The notes below the pieces were generated by a model. The model saw nothing but the letters and a program-made list of their open reading frames with translations. It had not been told where the DNA came from and ran no database searches. The position numbers and the translations under genes were made by a program. 64,000 nucleotides of DNA, taken from Alphaproteobacteria bacterium (lineage in GTDB: Bacteria; Pseudomonadota; Alphaproteobacteria; GCA-2731375). The stretch lies in contig CBDDBZ010000036.1 in the NCBI GenBank assembly GCA_965225945.1, positions 288,001 to 352,000 of the forward strand. Reading direction: 5' to 3'. Shown one piece after another: positions 10,155 through 21,348 of this stretch; within the stretch, counting starts at the first letter, position 1, and each line of letters opens with the position of its first letter.

Positions 10155-10448
10155 TCAATGCTGCTCGAGCAGGGCGCGGGCGATATCTTCCCACTCCGCG
10201 GCCAGCGGTTTCTCGCTCGCCGGGCGCTCGGCCCGACGATACCAGTATCCGGCGTTGCGGAGATCCCCCTCGACGCGGTGCAGATAGGCATGGACCCAAG
10301 CGCCGACGGCGTCGTCCTGGGCTTGCGCCAACTCATGCGCGGCGTGCCACTCGCCCTTCGCCTCCCGCCAGAGGGCCTGCAACGCCAAGCTGGCCTCGGC
10401 GGGGGCCGCCGCCGCCTCGAGCGACTCCTTGAAAGCCTCGAAATTCAT
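10155..10448 (-). CDS. Conserved hypothetical protein
   Basis: WHAAHELAQ...WVHAYLHRVEGD..NAGYWY is a recurrent small-protein motif. Confidence 0.8.
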   Translation of the reverse strand: MNFEAFKESLEAAAAPAEASLALQALWREAKGEWHAAHELAQAQDDAVGAWVHAYLHRVEGDLRNAGYWYRRAERPASEKPLAAEWEDIARALLEQH

Positions 10449-10606
10449 CCTCGCATTCCTCTCCATCGCCGCGTTCGTTCGCCGATGATAGCGCATTTCA
10501 CGCTGGACCGAGGCGGGGCGAGCGCGTCAAAATCGAGCCGGCGGTCCGGCCCGTGATCCGGGTTGACCGAGATCAAGGACAAAATCGTTTCCCAAGGGGG
10601 GATACC

Positions 10607-11605
10607 ATGCGCACACTCGTCATAACCGCCCTCGCCTCGGCCGTAGCGCTTGCCGTCTCGCAGCCGCGGGCGGGCGAAGTCAATCCGGCCGTCGTCTTCG
10701 ACATGGGCGGTAAATTCGACAAGTCCTTCAACGAAGGGGTCTGGAACGGCATCGAGCGTTTCCGCAAGGAGACCGGGGTCAAATACCGCGAGTTCGAGGT
10801 CACCAACGAGACCCAGCGCGAGCAGGCGCTCCGGCGGATGGCGCAGCGCGGCGCCGACCCGGTGCTCGGGATCGGCTTCGCTCAGGCGCCGGCGCTAAAA
10901 AAGGTCGCCAAGGAGTTCCCGAACACCCGCTTCGCCATCATCGACATGGTGGTCGACTTGCCGAACGTGCAGTCCATCGTCTTCAAAGAGCATGAGGGTT
11001 CCTTCCTGGTCGGCGCGCTGGCGGCCGCGGTCTCGAAGAGCGGCAAGGTCGGCTTCATAGGGGGCATGGACATCCCCTTGATCCGCCGCTTCGCCTGCGG
11101 CTACGTGCAGGGCGTCAAGTATCAGAACGCCAAGGCCGAGGTCCTGCAAAACATGACCGGGACGACGCCCGCGGCCTGGAACAACCCGACCAAGGGCGGC
11201 GAGTTGGCGCGCAGCCAGTTTGATCGCGGCGCCGATGTCGTCTACGCGGCGGCCGGCGGCACCGGCGTCGGCGTGCTGCAGGCGGCCAAGGACGCCGGTA
11301 AGCTGGCGATCGGCGTCGATTCCAACCAGAACCACATCCACCCCGGCACCATCTTGACGTCGATGCTGAAACGCGTGGACGTCGCCGCCTACAACGTCTT
11401 CAAGTCGGCCATGGACGGCAGTTGGAAGCCGGGCATCCAGGTTCTGGGGCTGGCGGAGGACGGCGTCGGATGGGCCCTCGACGAGCATAACGACAAGCTG
11501 GTGAGCGCGGCGTTGCGGACCCGCATGAAGGCCCTTCGGGCCGATATCATCGCCGGCAAGATCAAGGTCCACGACTACATGTCGAACAACAGTTGCAAAA
11601 GCTGA
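10607..11605 (+). CDS. BMP family ABC transporter substrate-binding protein (nucleoside)
   Basis: GGKFDKSFN, AIGVDSNQ and TSMLKRVD motifs; signal peptide. Confidence 0.95.
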   Translation: MRTLVITALASAVALAVSQPRAGEVNPAVVFDMGGKFDKSFNEGVWNGIERFRKETGVKYREFEVTNETQREQALRRMAQRGADPVLGIGFAQAPALKKVAKEFPNTRFAIIDMVVDLPNVQSIVFKEHEGSFLVGALAAAVSKSGKVGFIGGMDIPLIRRFACGYVQGVKYQNAKAEVLQNMTGTTPAAWNNPTKGGELARSQFDRGADVVYAAAGGTGVGVLQAAKDAGKLAIGVDSNQNHIHPGTILTSMLKRVDVAAYNVFKSAMDGSWKPGIQVLGLAEDGVGWALDEHNDKLVSAALRTRMKALRADIIAGKIKVHDYMSNNSCKS

Positions 11606-11633
11606 GGCGCGGGCGAGGCGAGGCCATCGGGTC

Positions 11634-13205
11634 TTGAGCCTGGAGGCGCCGAACGCGCCGGCGCCGGCGATCGAGCTGGTCGGTATCGACAAGCGCTTCG
11701 GGGCGGTCCACGCCAATCGGGCGATCTCGCTCCGCGTCGCGGCGGGCACCATTCACGGCATCGTCGGCGAGAACGGCGCTGGCAAGTCGACCCTGATGAA
11801 CATCCTGCACGGCTTCTACCAGGCCGACGCGGGCGAGATCCGGGTGGATGGTCGCAGGGTGGCGATCGATTCCTCCGAGGATGCGATCGCCGCCGGCATC
11901 GACATGGTGCACCAGCACTTCATGCTGGTGCCGACCTTCACGGTGCTGGAGAACCTGGTGCTGGGCGCGAAGGGAGGCCTGCGTCTCGCCCCCTCGCTCG
12001 CCCGCGCCCGGGGCGAACTCGAGCGCTTGGCCCGGGAGTTCGGCCTGGGGATCGACCCGGAGGCGACGGTCGGCGACCTGCCGGTCGGTCTTCGCCAGCG
12101 GGTGGAGATCCTGAAGGCGCTCTATCGCGGTGCCCGGATCCTGATCCTGGACGAGCCCACCAGCGTTCTGACCCCAAACGAGACCAAACAGCTCTTCTCC
12201 ATCCTGCGGGCGCTGAAGGAGCGGGGCGTCACGGTGATTCTGATCACCCACAAGCTCCGCGAGATCATGGCGATCACCGACACCGTCTCGGTCATGCGCC
12301 AGGGGGCGATGGTGGCGAGCCGGATTACCGCCGAGACCGACCGGGAAAGCCTCGCCGAGTTGATGGTCGGCCGCAAGGTGCCGCTCGGCGTCGAGAAGCG
12401 CTCGCCGCGCCCAGGCGAGGTGGCGCTCCGGGTCGAGGACTTGCGCGTGGTGGATGACGCCGGCGTCACGCGTGTCGACGACGTCTCGTTCGAAGTCCGC
12501 GCGGGCGAGATCGTCGGCATCGCCGGCGTCTCCGGCAACGGGCAGAGCGAGCTGATGGTGGCGCTTGCCGGCATGCGGCCGTTCGATGGTGGCGAAGTCC
12601 GCGTTCATGGGCAGCGGATGGCGGTCGAGGCACCGGGCGATCCCTCCCGCCTTCGCGCCCTGGGGGTCGCGCACGTGCCGGAGGACCGGCTCGGCGACGG
12701 CGTGGTGTCCGGTTTTTCGGCCGCCGAGTCCTTCATCCTCGGCTACCACGAGGATCCGGCCTACAACGGAGCGATCCTCGCCGACCTCCGCGCGATTATC
12801 GCCGATTGCCGCGAGAAGATGGCCAAATACGACGTCCGGCCGGCGGATCCGAGCTTGACCACCGCCAATTTCTCCGGCGGCAATCTGCAGAAGCTGGTCA
12901 TCGCGCGCGAGCTGGAGCGCGCGCCTTCCGTCCTGCTGGTCGGCCAGCCGACCCGCGGCGTCGATATCGGCGCCATCGAATTTATCCACAAGAACCTCAT
13001 CGCCATGCGCGACGCGGCCGCGGCGGTGCTGCTGGTCTCGGTCGAACTCGACGAGATCATGGCGCTCTCCGATCGAATCTTGGTGATGTTCGAGGGCCGG
13101 ATCGTCGGCGAGGTGGCCGGCGCGGAGGCGGACGAGCGTACTCTCGGCCTGTTGATGGCCAACGTCGCCGGTGGCGAGAGCGAGGGGCGCGGGGCGGATG
13201 GCTAA
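11634..13205 (+). CDS. Nucleoside/sugar ABC transporter ATP-binding protein (two ABC domains)
   Basis: GENGAGKST, LILDEPT and FSGGNLQK motifs. Confidence 0.95.
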   Translation: MSLEAPNAPAPAIELVGIDKRFGAVHANRAISLRVAAGTIHGIVGENGAGKSTLMNILHGFYQADAGEIRVDGRRVAIDSSEDAIAAGIDMVHQHFMLVPTFTVLENLVLGAKGGLRLAPSLARARGELERLAREFGLGIDPEATVGDLPVGLRQRVEILKALYRGARILILDEPTSVLTPNETKQLFSILRALKERGVTVILITHKLREIMAITDTVSVMRQGAMVASRITAETDRESLAELMVGRKVPLGVEKRSPRPGEVALRVEDLRVVDDAGVTRVDDVSFEVRAGEIVGIAGVSGNGQSELMVALAGMRPFDGGEVRVHGQRMAVEAPGDPSRLRALGVAHVPEDRLGDGVVSGFSAAESFILGYHEDPAYNGAILADLRAIIADCREKMAKYDVRPADPSLTTANFSGGNLQKLVIARELERAPSVLLVGQPTRGVDIGAIEFIHKNLIAMRDAAAAVLLVSVELDEIMALSDRILVMFEGRIVGEVAGAEADERTLGLLMANVAGGESEGRGADG

Positions 13206-14310
13206 GCGGGGTGGCGTGCCCAGATGGGTGAGCCACGGTCTCGTGCCGGTCGCGAATCTCGCGCTGGCCTTCGGGGTCTCGGGCCTCATCGTGCTGGCGA
13301 TCGGCGAGGATCCGTTCGCGGCCGTGGTGATCCTGGTCCACGGCGCCTTCGGCTTCGACGAGGCGATCGGCTACACCCTCTATTACGCCACCAACTTCAT
13401 GTTCACCGGCCTCGCCGTGTCCGTGGCCTTCCATGCCGGGCTGTTTAATATCGGCGGCGAGGGACAGGCCTATATCGGCGGCCTCGGCGTCGGCCTCGGA
13501 CTACTCGCCTTCGATGCCCACCTGCCGTTCCCGATCCTGTTGTTGATCTCGATCCTGGCCGGTGCCCTGTTCGGCGCCGCCTGGGCCTTCGTGCCGGGTT
13601 ATCTGCAAGCCCGGCGCGGCAGCCACGTGGTGATCACCACGATCATGTTCAACTTCATCGCCTTCGCGTTGATGAACTATCTGCTGGTGAACGTGTTGAT
13701 CGAGCCGCGACAGATGAGCCCCGAAAGCCGGGAGTTCGCGGAGGTCGCCTGGCTTCCCTTCGCGCACGAGGCGTTGGGCTGGTTCGGGATCGAGGTGACG
13801 CGCTCGCCGCTCAACCTCTCGATTCTCTGGGCGCTGGTCTGCTGCCTGCTGGTCTGGCTCCTGATCTGGCGGACCCGCTGGGGCTACGCCATTCGCGTCG
13901 TCGGCGGCAACGAGCCAGCGGCGGTATATGGCGGCATCGACCCGGCCAAGGTGGTGATCGCCACGATGTGCGTCTCGGGCGCGCTCGCGGGTTTCGTCGG
14001 GCTGAACGAGATCATGGGCGTGCAGCATCGCCTGCTGCTGAACTTCACCGCCGGTTACGGCTTCGTCGGCATCGCCGCGGCCCTGATGGGTCGCAACCAT
14101 CCGATCGGCATCATCCTGGCGAGCCTGCTCTTCGGCGCGCTCTACCAGGGGGGCGCCGAGCTGGCCTTCGAGGTGCCGAGTATCACGCGTGAACTGGTGG
14201 TGGTGATCCAGGGGCTGGTGATCCTGTTCTCGGGCGCGCTCGAAAACATGCTGCGGCCCAGGATCGAGGCGCTGTTTCGCCGCCGCGCCCCGGAGACGGC
14301 GGAGGCCTGA
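13198..14310 (+). CDS. Nucleoside ABC transporter permease
   Basis: GLFNIGGEGQ and VITTIMFN motifs; multiple TM helices. Confidence 0.93.
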   Translation: MAKRGGVPRWVSHGLVPVANLALAFGVSGLIVLAIGEDPFAAVVILVHGAFGFDEAIGYTLYYATNFMFTGLAVSVAFHAGLFNIGGEGQAYIGGLGVGLGLLAFDAHLPFPILLLISILAGALFGAAWAFVPGYLQARRGSHVVITTIMFNFIAFALMNYLLVNVLIEPRQMSPESREFAEVAWLPFAHEALGWFGIEVTRSPLNLSILWALVCCLLVWLLIWRTRWGYAIRVVGGNEPAAVYGGIDPAKVVIATMCVSGALAGFVGLNEIMGVQHRLLLNFTAGYGFVGIAAALMGRNHPIGIILASLLFGALYQGGAELAFEVPSITRELVVVIQGLVILFSGALENMLRPRIEALFRRRAPETAEA

Positions 14311-14313
14311 AGG

Positions 14314-15288
14314 ATGGAGGCCGATTTTCTCCTCGCCGTGCTGACGCTCGATGCGACGCTTCGGGTCGCGACGCCGCTGATCCTGTGCGCCATGGCGGGG
14401 CTGATCTCGGAACGCTCGGGCATCATCGATATCAGCCTCGAGGGCAAGATGCTGGGGGCGGCCTTCGCGGCGGCGGCCGCGGCCCACCTGTCCGGCAGCG
14501 AATGGGTCGGGCTCCTCGCCGCGATTCTCACCGGCCTGATGCTGGCGCTGGTCCACGGCTTCGCCTGCATCACCCACAACGGCAATCAGGTGGTGAGCGG
14601 CGTCGCCATCAACATCTTGATGTCGGGCCTCACCGTCACCCTCGGAATCGCCTGGTTCGCCCAGGGCGGCCAGACCCCCTCGTTGAGCGACGCGGAGCGC
14701 TTTCGACCGCTGGTCTGGCCGGGGGTCGAGGCGATCCGCGATCTGCCCATCCTCGGCACGCTCTACGTCGAGCTGGCGAGCGGCCACAACATCCTGGTCT
14801 ACGTGGCGCTGCTGATGGTGCCGGCGACCTGGTGGCTGGTCTATCGCAGCCGCTTCGGGCTCCGCCTCCGTGCCGTCGGCGAAAACCCGGAGGCGGTGGA
14901 CACGGCGGGCATCTCCGTCGCTTGGCTGCGCTACCGCGCGGTCCTGTTGGCCGGCGTTCTTTCGGCGATCGCAGGCGCCTATCTCTCCACGGCGCACAGC
15001 GCAGCTTTCGTGCGCGACATGTCGGCGGGGCAGGGCTACATCGCGCTCGCGGCGATGATCTTCGGCAAGTGGCGGCCGTTCCCGGCGCTCGGCGCCTGCC
15101 TGTTGTTCGGTTTTCTCGATGCGGTGGCGGTGCGGCTCCAGGGTGTCGAGGTGCCGATGATCGGTGAGGTTCCGGTACAATTCATTCAGGCCCTCCCCTA
15201 TGTCTTGACCGTGGTGCTGCTGGCCGGGTTCATGGGCCGCGCGATCGCGCCGAAGGCGATCGGCGTGCCCTACGTGAAGGAACGATGA
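14314..15288 (+). CDS. Nucleoside ABC transporter permease
   Basis: SERSGIIDISLEG, LRAVGENP and GYIALAAMIFGKW motifs. Confidence 0.93.
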   Translation: MEADFLLAVLTLDATLRVATPLILCAMAGLISERSGIIDISLEGKMLGAAFAAAAAAHLSGSEWVGLLAAILTGLMLALVHGFACITHNGNQVVSGVAINILMSGLTVTLGIAWFAQGGQTPSLSDAERFRPLVWPGVEAIRDLPILGTLYVELASGHNILVYVALLMVPATWWLVYRSRFGLRLRAVGENPEAVDTAGISVAWLRYRAVLLAGVLSAIAGAYLSTAHSAAFVRDMSAGQGYIALAAMIFGKWRPFPALGACLLFGFLDAVAVRLQGVEVPMIGEVPVQFIQALPYVLTVVLLAGFMGRAIAPKAIGVPYVKER

Positions 15289-15686
15289 GCGATCGAATGG
15301 ACGAGTTGATCCGCCGGGCGGGCGAGGCTCGCGAAAACGCCCATGTGCCTTATTCGGGCTTCGCCGTCGGCGCGGCGGTCCTGAGCGCCGAGGGCGGCGT
15401 CTTCGCCGGCTGCAACGTCGAGAACGCGTCTTACCCCCAAGGTTGGTGCGCGGAAGCGTCCGCCATTTCGGCGATGGTGGGTGCCGGGCATCGGCAGATC
15501 GTCGAGGTCGTGGTGCTGGGCGGCGGCGAGCGGCTCTGCACGCCCTGCGGCGGCTGCCGGCAGAAGTTGGCGGAATTCGCCGGTGCCGACACTCCGATCC
15601 ACGTCTGCGGGCCGGAGGGATTGCGCAAGACCTTCACCCTGGGAGAGTTGATGCCCTTCGCCTTCGACAAGGGCAACCTGGAGTGA
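15285..15686 (+). CDS. cdd: Cytidine deaminase
   Basis: PYSGFAVGAA, GCNVENASY, CAE and PCGGCRQ motifs. Confidence 0.95.
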   Translation: MSDRMDELIRRAGEARENAHVPYSGFAVGAAVLSAEGGVFAGCNVENASYPQGWCAEASAISAMVGAGHRQIVEVVVLGGGERLCTPCGGCRQKLAEFAGADTPIHVCGPEGLRKTFTLGELMPFAFDKGNLE

Positions 15687-16507
15687 GTGTCGAGGCGGCG
15701 ATTGCCGCGATCCGCGCCCGGGCACCGAGGGTGGCACCGCGCGTCGGCTTGATCCTTGGCAGCGGCCTCGACGGCCTCGCGAGGGAGATCGAGGACGCGA
15801 CCGAGATCCCCTACGGCGATATTCCCGGCTTTCCCGAGCTTACGGTCGACGGCCACGCCGGGCGCCTGGTGTTGGGGCGCTTGGGCGGCCGGGCGATCGC
15901 CTGCCTACGGGGACGCGCGCATCTCTACGAGGGCGGGCGGGACGACGCGATGGCGGTCCCGGTCCACGCGCTCAGCCGGCTCGGTTGCGAGATCCTGGTG
16001 CTGACCAACGCCGCCGGCGGCTTGCGCGAGGAGATGGCGCCCGGCGCCCTCATGCTGATCGTGGATCACATCAATTTCACCGGTCGCAATCCACTGCTCG
16101 GCCCGAACGATCCGACCCTCGGCCCGCGCTTCCCCGACATGACCGTCGCCTACGACCTCGAGCTCCGCCACGCGCTCCGGCGCGCGGCCGGGGCGGAGGG
16201 CGTCTGGCTCCACGAGGGCGTCTACCTCTGCTGTCTCGGGCCCAACTTCGAGACTCCGGCGGAAATCCACGCCTTCGCCAGCCTCGGCGCCGACGCGGTC
16301 GGCATGTCGACGGTGCCGGAATGCCTGCTGGCGCGCCACGTGGGGCTCCGCGTCGCGGCGATCTCCACCATCACCAACCTCGCCGCCGGCATGAGCGGGG
16401 AGCCGATCGACCACGACGGCACGCTTGGCGTCGGCGCCGCGGCGGCCGGCGATCTCGCCCGCGTGCTCAGGCGTTTCCTCGCTGGCCTCGGGGGCGGCGC
16501 GTCGTGA
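15683..16507 (+). CDS. Purine-nucleoside phosphorylase (trimeric PunA/XapA type)
   Basis: ILGSGL, GRAHLYEG, GPNFETPAE and GMSTVPE motifs; GTG start overlaps the cdd stop. Confidence 0.93.
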   Translation: MSVEAAIAAIRARAPRVAPRVGLILGSGLDGLAREIEDATEIPYGDIPGFPELTVDGHAGRLVLGRLGGRAIACLRGRAHLYEGGRDDAMAVPVHALSRLGCEILVLTNAAGGLREEMAPGALMLIVDHINFTGRNPLLGPNDPTLGPRFPDMTVAYDLELRHALRRAAGAEGVWLHEGVYLCCLGPNFETPAEIHAFASLGADAVGMSTVPECLLARHVGLRVAAISTITNLAAGMSGEPIDHDGTLGVGAAAAGDLARVLRRFLAGLGGGAS

Positions 16508-17823
16508 TGTTGGCGGGGGAGATCATCCGCCGCAAACGCGACGGCCACGCCCTGGAGAGGGAAGAAATCGAGGCGATCGTCGCCGGTATCGCGGACGGCA
16601 CGTTGGCCGACGAGCAGGTTGGTGCCTTCGCCATGGCGGCCTGGCTCAACGGTCTCGACGCTGGCGAGACGGTGGCGCTGACCCGCGCGATGACCGCCTC
16701 GGGCCGCGTGCTCGAGTGGACCAAGGCCGGTCTCGACGGGCCGGTGCTGGACAAGCATTCGACCGGTGGCGTCGGCGACAAGGTAAGCCTGATCCTGGTG
16801 CCGCTGCTGGCCGCCTCGGGCGCCTACGTGCCGATGATCTCCGGGCGGGGGCTCGGCCACACCGGCGGCACGCTCGACAAGCTGGAGGCGATCCCCGGCT
16901 ACGACGCGACGCCGGATCTCGATCGTTTCCGCCGCGTCGTGGCCGATACGGGGGCGGCGATCATCGGCCAGACCGACGACCTGGCGCCGGCCGACCGCCG
17001 CCTCTATGGCGTCCGCGACGTGACGGCGACGGTGGAATCGGTGCCGCTCATCACCGCCTCGATCCTCTCGAAGAAGCTCGCCGCCGGGCTCGACGCCCTG
17101 GTGATGGACGTCAAGGTCGGCAACGGCGCCTTCGCCCAAACGGCCGATAGGGCGCGGGACCTGGCGCGCTCCATCACCCAGGTGGCCTCGGGCGCCGGTC
17201 TGCCGACACTCGCTCATCTGACCGATATGAATCAGGTCCTCGGCACGACCGCCGGCAATGCGGTCGAGGTGGTCGAGGCGATCGAATTTCTCGGCCGCGG
17301 GTCCAGGGACGCCCGGCTGGAACGGGTGACCCTGGCGCTCGGCGCGGGCCTTCTGGTCCTCGGCGGCCTCGCGCCCGACGAGGCGGCGGCGGCGCGACGC
17401 CTGGGCGAGGTGCTGTCGTCGGGCGCCGCGGCCGAGCGTTTTCAAGCCATGGTGGCCGCGCTCGGCGGCCCCTCCGATCTCCTGGAACGGGCCCACCACT
17501 ATCTGCCCCGCGCGCCCATCGTCCGCGAGGTGCCGGCGCCCGAATCCGGTTTCGTCCGCAGAATCGAGACGCGGGAGACCGGCCTCGTCGTGGTCGCCCT
17601 CGGCGGCGGGCGCCGGCGTCCAGGGGACGACATCGATCCCCGGGTCGGGCTGACGGCGGTCGCGGCGCCGGGGACCCGGATCACGCGGGGCGATCCGCTC
17701 GCCCTGGTTCACGCAGGCGACGAGGCCTCGGCGGAAGCGATGGCGGCGCGCCTCGGCGCCTTGATCGAGATCGGCGAGACGCCGCCGCCGGAGGCCCCGG
17801 TCCTGATCGAGCGGATCGGCTGA
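16507..17823 (+). CDS. deoA: Thymidine phosphorylase
   Basis: DKHSTGGVGDK, SGRGLGHTGGTLDKLE and ASILSKK motifs. Confidence 0.95.
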   Translation: MLAGEIIRRKRDGHALEREEIEAIVAGIADGTLADEQVGAFAMAAWLNGLDAGETVALTRAMTASGRVLEWTKAGLDGPVLDKHSTGGVGDKVSLILVPLLAASGAYVPMISGRGLGHTGGTLDKLEAIPGYDATPDLDRFRRVVADTGAAIIGQTDDLAPADRRLYGVRDVTATVESVPLITASILSKKLAAGLDALVMDVKVGNGAFAQTADRARDLARSITQVASGAGLPTLAHLTDMNQVLGTTAGNAVEVVEAIEFLGRGSRDARLERVTLALGAGLLVLGGLAPDEAAAARRLGEVLSSGAAAERFQAMVAALGGPSDLLERAHHYLPRAPIVREVPAPESGFVRRIETRETGLVVVALGGGRRRPGDDIDPRVGLTAVAAPGTRITRGDPLALVHAGDEASAEAMAARLGALIEIGETPPPEAPVLIERIG

Positions 17824-17867
17824 AAAGCAGCGGGGGCGGCCCGGCTGGGCGAGCCCCGGCTGGCTTT
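17824..17867. terminator. Probable bidirectional terminator between convergent deoA and glnA
   Basis: GC-rich imperfect hairpin flanked by AAAAG and CTTT. Confidence 0.5.
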
Positions 17868-17905
17868 GGCCCTGCGTCGTCAGACGCCTGTAGTATGGTG
17901 CCTCG

Positions 17906-19315
17906 TCAGACGCTGTAGTACATCGAGAACTCGATCGGATGGGGGGTGTGCTCGAGGGCGTAGACCTCCTCCCACTTCAGCTCGAGATAGCCGTCGATCA
18001 GATCGTCGGTGAAGACGCCGCCCTTCTTCAGGAAGTCGCGGTCGGCGTCCAGGCTCTCCAGGGCCTCGCGCAACGAGCCACAAACCGTCGCCACGTCCCG
18101 CAGCTCCTCCGGCGGAAGGGAGTAGAGGTCCTTGTCGATCGGGTCGCCCGGATGGATGTGGTTTTCGATTCCATCGAGGCCGGCCATCAGCATCGCCGCG
18201 AAGGTGAGGTAGGGGTTGGCGCCGCCGTCGGGGAAGCGCACCTCGACGCGCTTGCCGTTCGGCCCCGGCGAGAAGGGGATGCGGCAGCCGGCCGAGCGGT
18301 TGCGGGCCGAATAGGCCAGCAGCACCGGCGCCTCGAAACCCGGGATCAGGCGCTTGTAGGAGTTGGTCAGCGGGTTCGAGAGGGCGTTGAACGCCTTCGC
18401 GTGCTTGATGATTCCGCCGATATAGTAGAGCGCCATGTCCGAGAGATCAGCGTAGCCCGAGCCGGCGAAGAGCGGCTTGCCGTCCTTCCAGATCGACTGA
18501 TGCGTGTGCATGCCGGAGCCGTTATCGTCCATCACCGGCTTCGGCATGAAGGTCGCCGTTTTGCCGTAGGAGTGGGCGACGTTGTGCACGACGTATTTAT
18601 AAATCTGCATGTTGTCGGCGCAGCGCACCAGGGTCGAGAACACGATACCCAGCTCGTGCTGGCTCGGCGCCACCTCGTGGTGGTGCTTTTCGGTATTGAC
18701 GCCCATCTCGCGCATGACGCTGAGCATCTCGGCCCGGATATCGGAGGCGGCGTCGACCGGCGGCACCGGGAAGTAACCGCCCTTGATCGGCGGCCGGTGG
18801 CCGGTGTTGCCGCCCTCGAAATCGGTGCCGGAATTATACGGCCCCTCGGATTCGTCGATTTTGTAGAAGGTGTGGTTCATCGAGACGTCGAAGCGGACGT
18901 CGTCGAAGAGGAAAAACTCCGCCTCCGGACCGAAATAGGCGGTATCGCCTGCGCCGGAGCTTTCCAAATAGGCCTCGGCGCGCCGCGCGGCGGAACGCGG
19001 GCAGCGGCTATAGTCCTCGTGCGTCATCGGCTCCAGCACGTCGCAGAACAGGATCAACGAGGACTGTGCCGAAAACGGATCCATGACGGCCGTGGTCGGG
19101 TCCGGCATCAGCGTCATGTCGGAATCGTTGATCACCTTCCAGCCGGCGATGGACGAACCGTCGAACATGATGCCGTCGGAGAAGGAATCCTCGTCGATCA
19201 CCTCGGCGTCCATGGCGAGATGCTGCCATTTGCCGCGTGGGTCGGTGAAGCGCAGGTCGATGAACTTGACCTCCTGCTCCTTGATCTGGCTCAAAACCGA
19301 ATTGGCGTCGGACAT
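17906..19315 (-). CDS. glnA: Glutamine synthetase type I
   Basis: [28 protein letters not shown] and adenylylation-site DKDLYSL motifs. Confidence 0.98.
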   Translation of the reverse strand: MSDANSVLSQIKEQEVKFIDLRFTDPRGKWQHLAMDAEVIDEDSFSDGIMFDGSSIAGWKVINDSDMTLMPDPTTAVMDPFSAQSSLILFCDVLEPMTHEDYSRCPRSAARRAEAYLESSGAGDTAYFGPEAEFFLFDDVRFDVSMNHTFYKIDESEGPYNSGTDFEGGNTGHRPPIKGGYFPVPPVDAASDIRAEMLSVMREMGVNTEKHHHEVAPSQHELGIVFSTLVRCADNMQIYKYVVHNVAHSYGKTATFMPKPVMDDNGSGMHTHQSIWKDGKPLFAGSGYADLSDMALYYIGGIIKHAKAFNALSNPLTNSYKRLIPGFEAPVLLAYSARNRSAGCRIPFSPGPNGKRVEVRFPDGGANPYLTFAAMLMAGLDGIENHIHPGDPIDKDLYSLPPEELRDVATVCGSLREALESLDADRDFLKKGGVFTDDLIDGYLELKWEEVYALEHTPHPIEFSMYYSV

Positions 19316-19403
19316 TTTCTGTTTTCCTCCACGAGCTACGGGTTCGGTTTGTCGAGGGATCCGGATCCCTCGGGGTTGCGGTGCGATGTGGCCTCAAATG
19401 GCC

Positions 19404-19841
<438 letters not shown>

Positions 19842-19862
19842 TCATCGCCGCAAGACTTCCAT

Positions 19863-19878
19863 TGCACTCGTCGTGCCA
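19863..19878 (-). promoter_or_regulatory. Sigma54 (-24/-12) promoter of glnB
   Basis: TGGCACGACGAGTGCA on the minus strand matches TGGCAC-N5-TTGC. Confidence 0.8.
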
Positions 19879-19950
19879 GACCGTGGCGACACTCAAGCTA
19901 TTGAATTCACGGCAAAAACTTGGCGCGTCGCCGTGAGCGTCGCGCGCTGT

Positions 19951-19987
19951 CGCCTTAATTTCAGGCAATTCGCCCACGGATTAGGCG
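19951..19987. promoter_or_regulatory. Two tandem NtrC-like enhancer sites
   Basis: CGCCTTAATTTCAGGCA and CGCCCACGGATTAGGCG (GC-N11-GC dyads) about 75-110 bp upstream of the sigma54 promoter. Confidence 0.6.
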
Positions 19988-20006
19988 GTCGGCCGCGCGG
20001 GCCCGG

Positions 20007-21173
20007 CTACGACAACAGCTCCCGGATGCGGCGGCAGGCCTCTCGGATGTTCTCCAGCGAGTTGGCGTAGGAGAATCTGAGATAGCCCTCGCCATGGGCC
20101 CCGAAGCTGGTGCCGGAGATCACCGCCACGCCGGCCTCGTTCAACAGTCGTTCCTGCAGCACGTCCGAGGTCAGCCCCGTGCCGGCGATGTTGGGGAAGG
20201 CGTAGAAGGCACCGCCGGGGCGAGGGCAGCGGAAGCCGGGGATGGCGTTCAGCTCCTCGACGATGGCGAGGCGGCGCGCGTCGAACGCCTCGACCATGGC
20301 ATCGGCCTCGTCCTGCGGGCCCTCGAGGGCGGCGATGCCGGCGAACTGCGCCGCTGCGTTGACGCAGGAATGGTCGTTGACGCAGAGCCGCGTCGCCGGC
20401 TCCACCATCGCCCGCGGCCAGACCGCATAGCCGAGCCGCCAGCCGGTCATGGCATAGGTCTTCGACCAGCCGTCGAGCAGGATCAGCCGATCGCGCAAGG
20501 ACTCGTAGCCGAGCAGAGAGATGTGCGGCTGGTTGTCGTAGACCATGCGAGCATAGATCTCGTCCGACAGCACGACCACGTTCGGGTAGGCCTCGAGGCC
20601 CACCACCAGCTCGTCGAGTTCCGCTTTCTGGACGACCCCGCCGGTGGGGTTGGCCGGACTGTTGACGATGATCAGGCGGGTCTTGTCGTTGACGCTTTGC
20701 AACACTTCCTCGGCGTTGAAGGAATAGCCGGTGTCCTCATACAGCGCGATCGGCACCGGCGTGGCGCCGGAGAAAGCGATGGCCGATTGGTAGATCGGGA
20801 AGCCCGGATTCGGATACATGATCTCGCTCCCGGGCTCGCCCAGCATCATGCAGGCGTAAAACATCGTCGGTTTGCCGCCCGGCTGGACGACGACGTGATC
20901 CGGGTCCACCTCGACCCCCCTATATTTCGCGATGTCGGCGCTGACGGCGGCGCGCAGCTCCGGGATGCCGTTCGCCGGCGTGTAGCCGTGATGACCGTCG
21001 CGCAGCGCCCGGATCGCCGCCTCGACAATGTGATCGGGGGTTTTGAAGTCCGGCTGGCCGATCCCCAGATTGATGATCGAGCGGCCTTCGGCGGCCAGCT
21101 TATTGGCCCGGGCCAGCACCTCGAAAGCGGTCTCGGTGCCGAGATGGGACATCCGTCGGGCGAGTTGAATCAT
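20007..21173 (-). CDS. PLP-dependent aminotransferase class I/II (aspartate aminotransferase-like)
   Basis: NLGIGQPDF, NSPANPTG, SDEIY and SKTYAMTGWRLG motifs. Confidence 0.95.
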   Translation of the reverse strand: MIQLARRMSHLGTETAFEVLARANKLAAEGRSIINLGIGQPDFKTPDHIVEAAIRALRDGHHGYTPANGIPELRAAVSADIAKYRGVEVDPDHVVVQPGGKPTMFYACMMLGEPGSEIMYPNPGFPIYQSAIAFSGATPVPIALYEDTGYSFNAEEVLQSVNDKTRLIIVNSPANPTGGVVQKAELDELVVGLEAYPNVVVLSDEIYARMVYDNQPHISLLGYESLRDRLILLDGWSKTYAMTGWRLGYAVWPRAMVEPATRLCVNDHSCVNAAAQFAGIAALEGPQDEADAMVEAFDARRLAIVEELNAIPGFRCPRPGGAFYAFPNIAGTGLTSDVLQERLLNEAGVAVISGTSFGAHGEGYLRFSYANSLENIREACRRIRELLS

Positions 21174-21348
21174 GGTCGACCTCAGGGCTCTGGGCGCGGG
21201 GACGGCGGGCGTCGCGCAGCGGTGGGGAGAGGCTGTGGCGTTCGCCCGTCGGGTCGCCACGATCCCGCCGAAGTATCATTAGATAGTCGTTTATTTTCAG
21301 TTCGTTAATGGCGTTTCTTCGTTCGCAAATCCGGGGCGAGTTGCGCGC

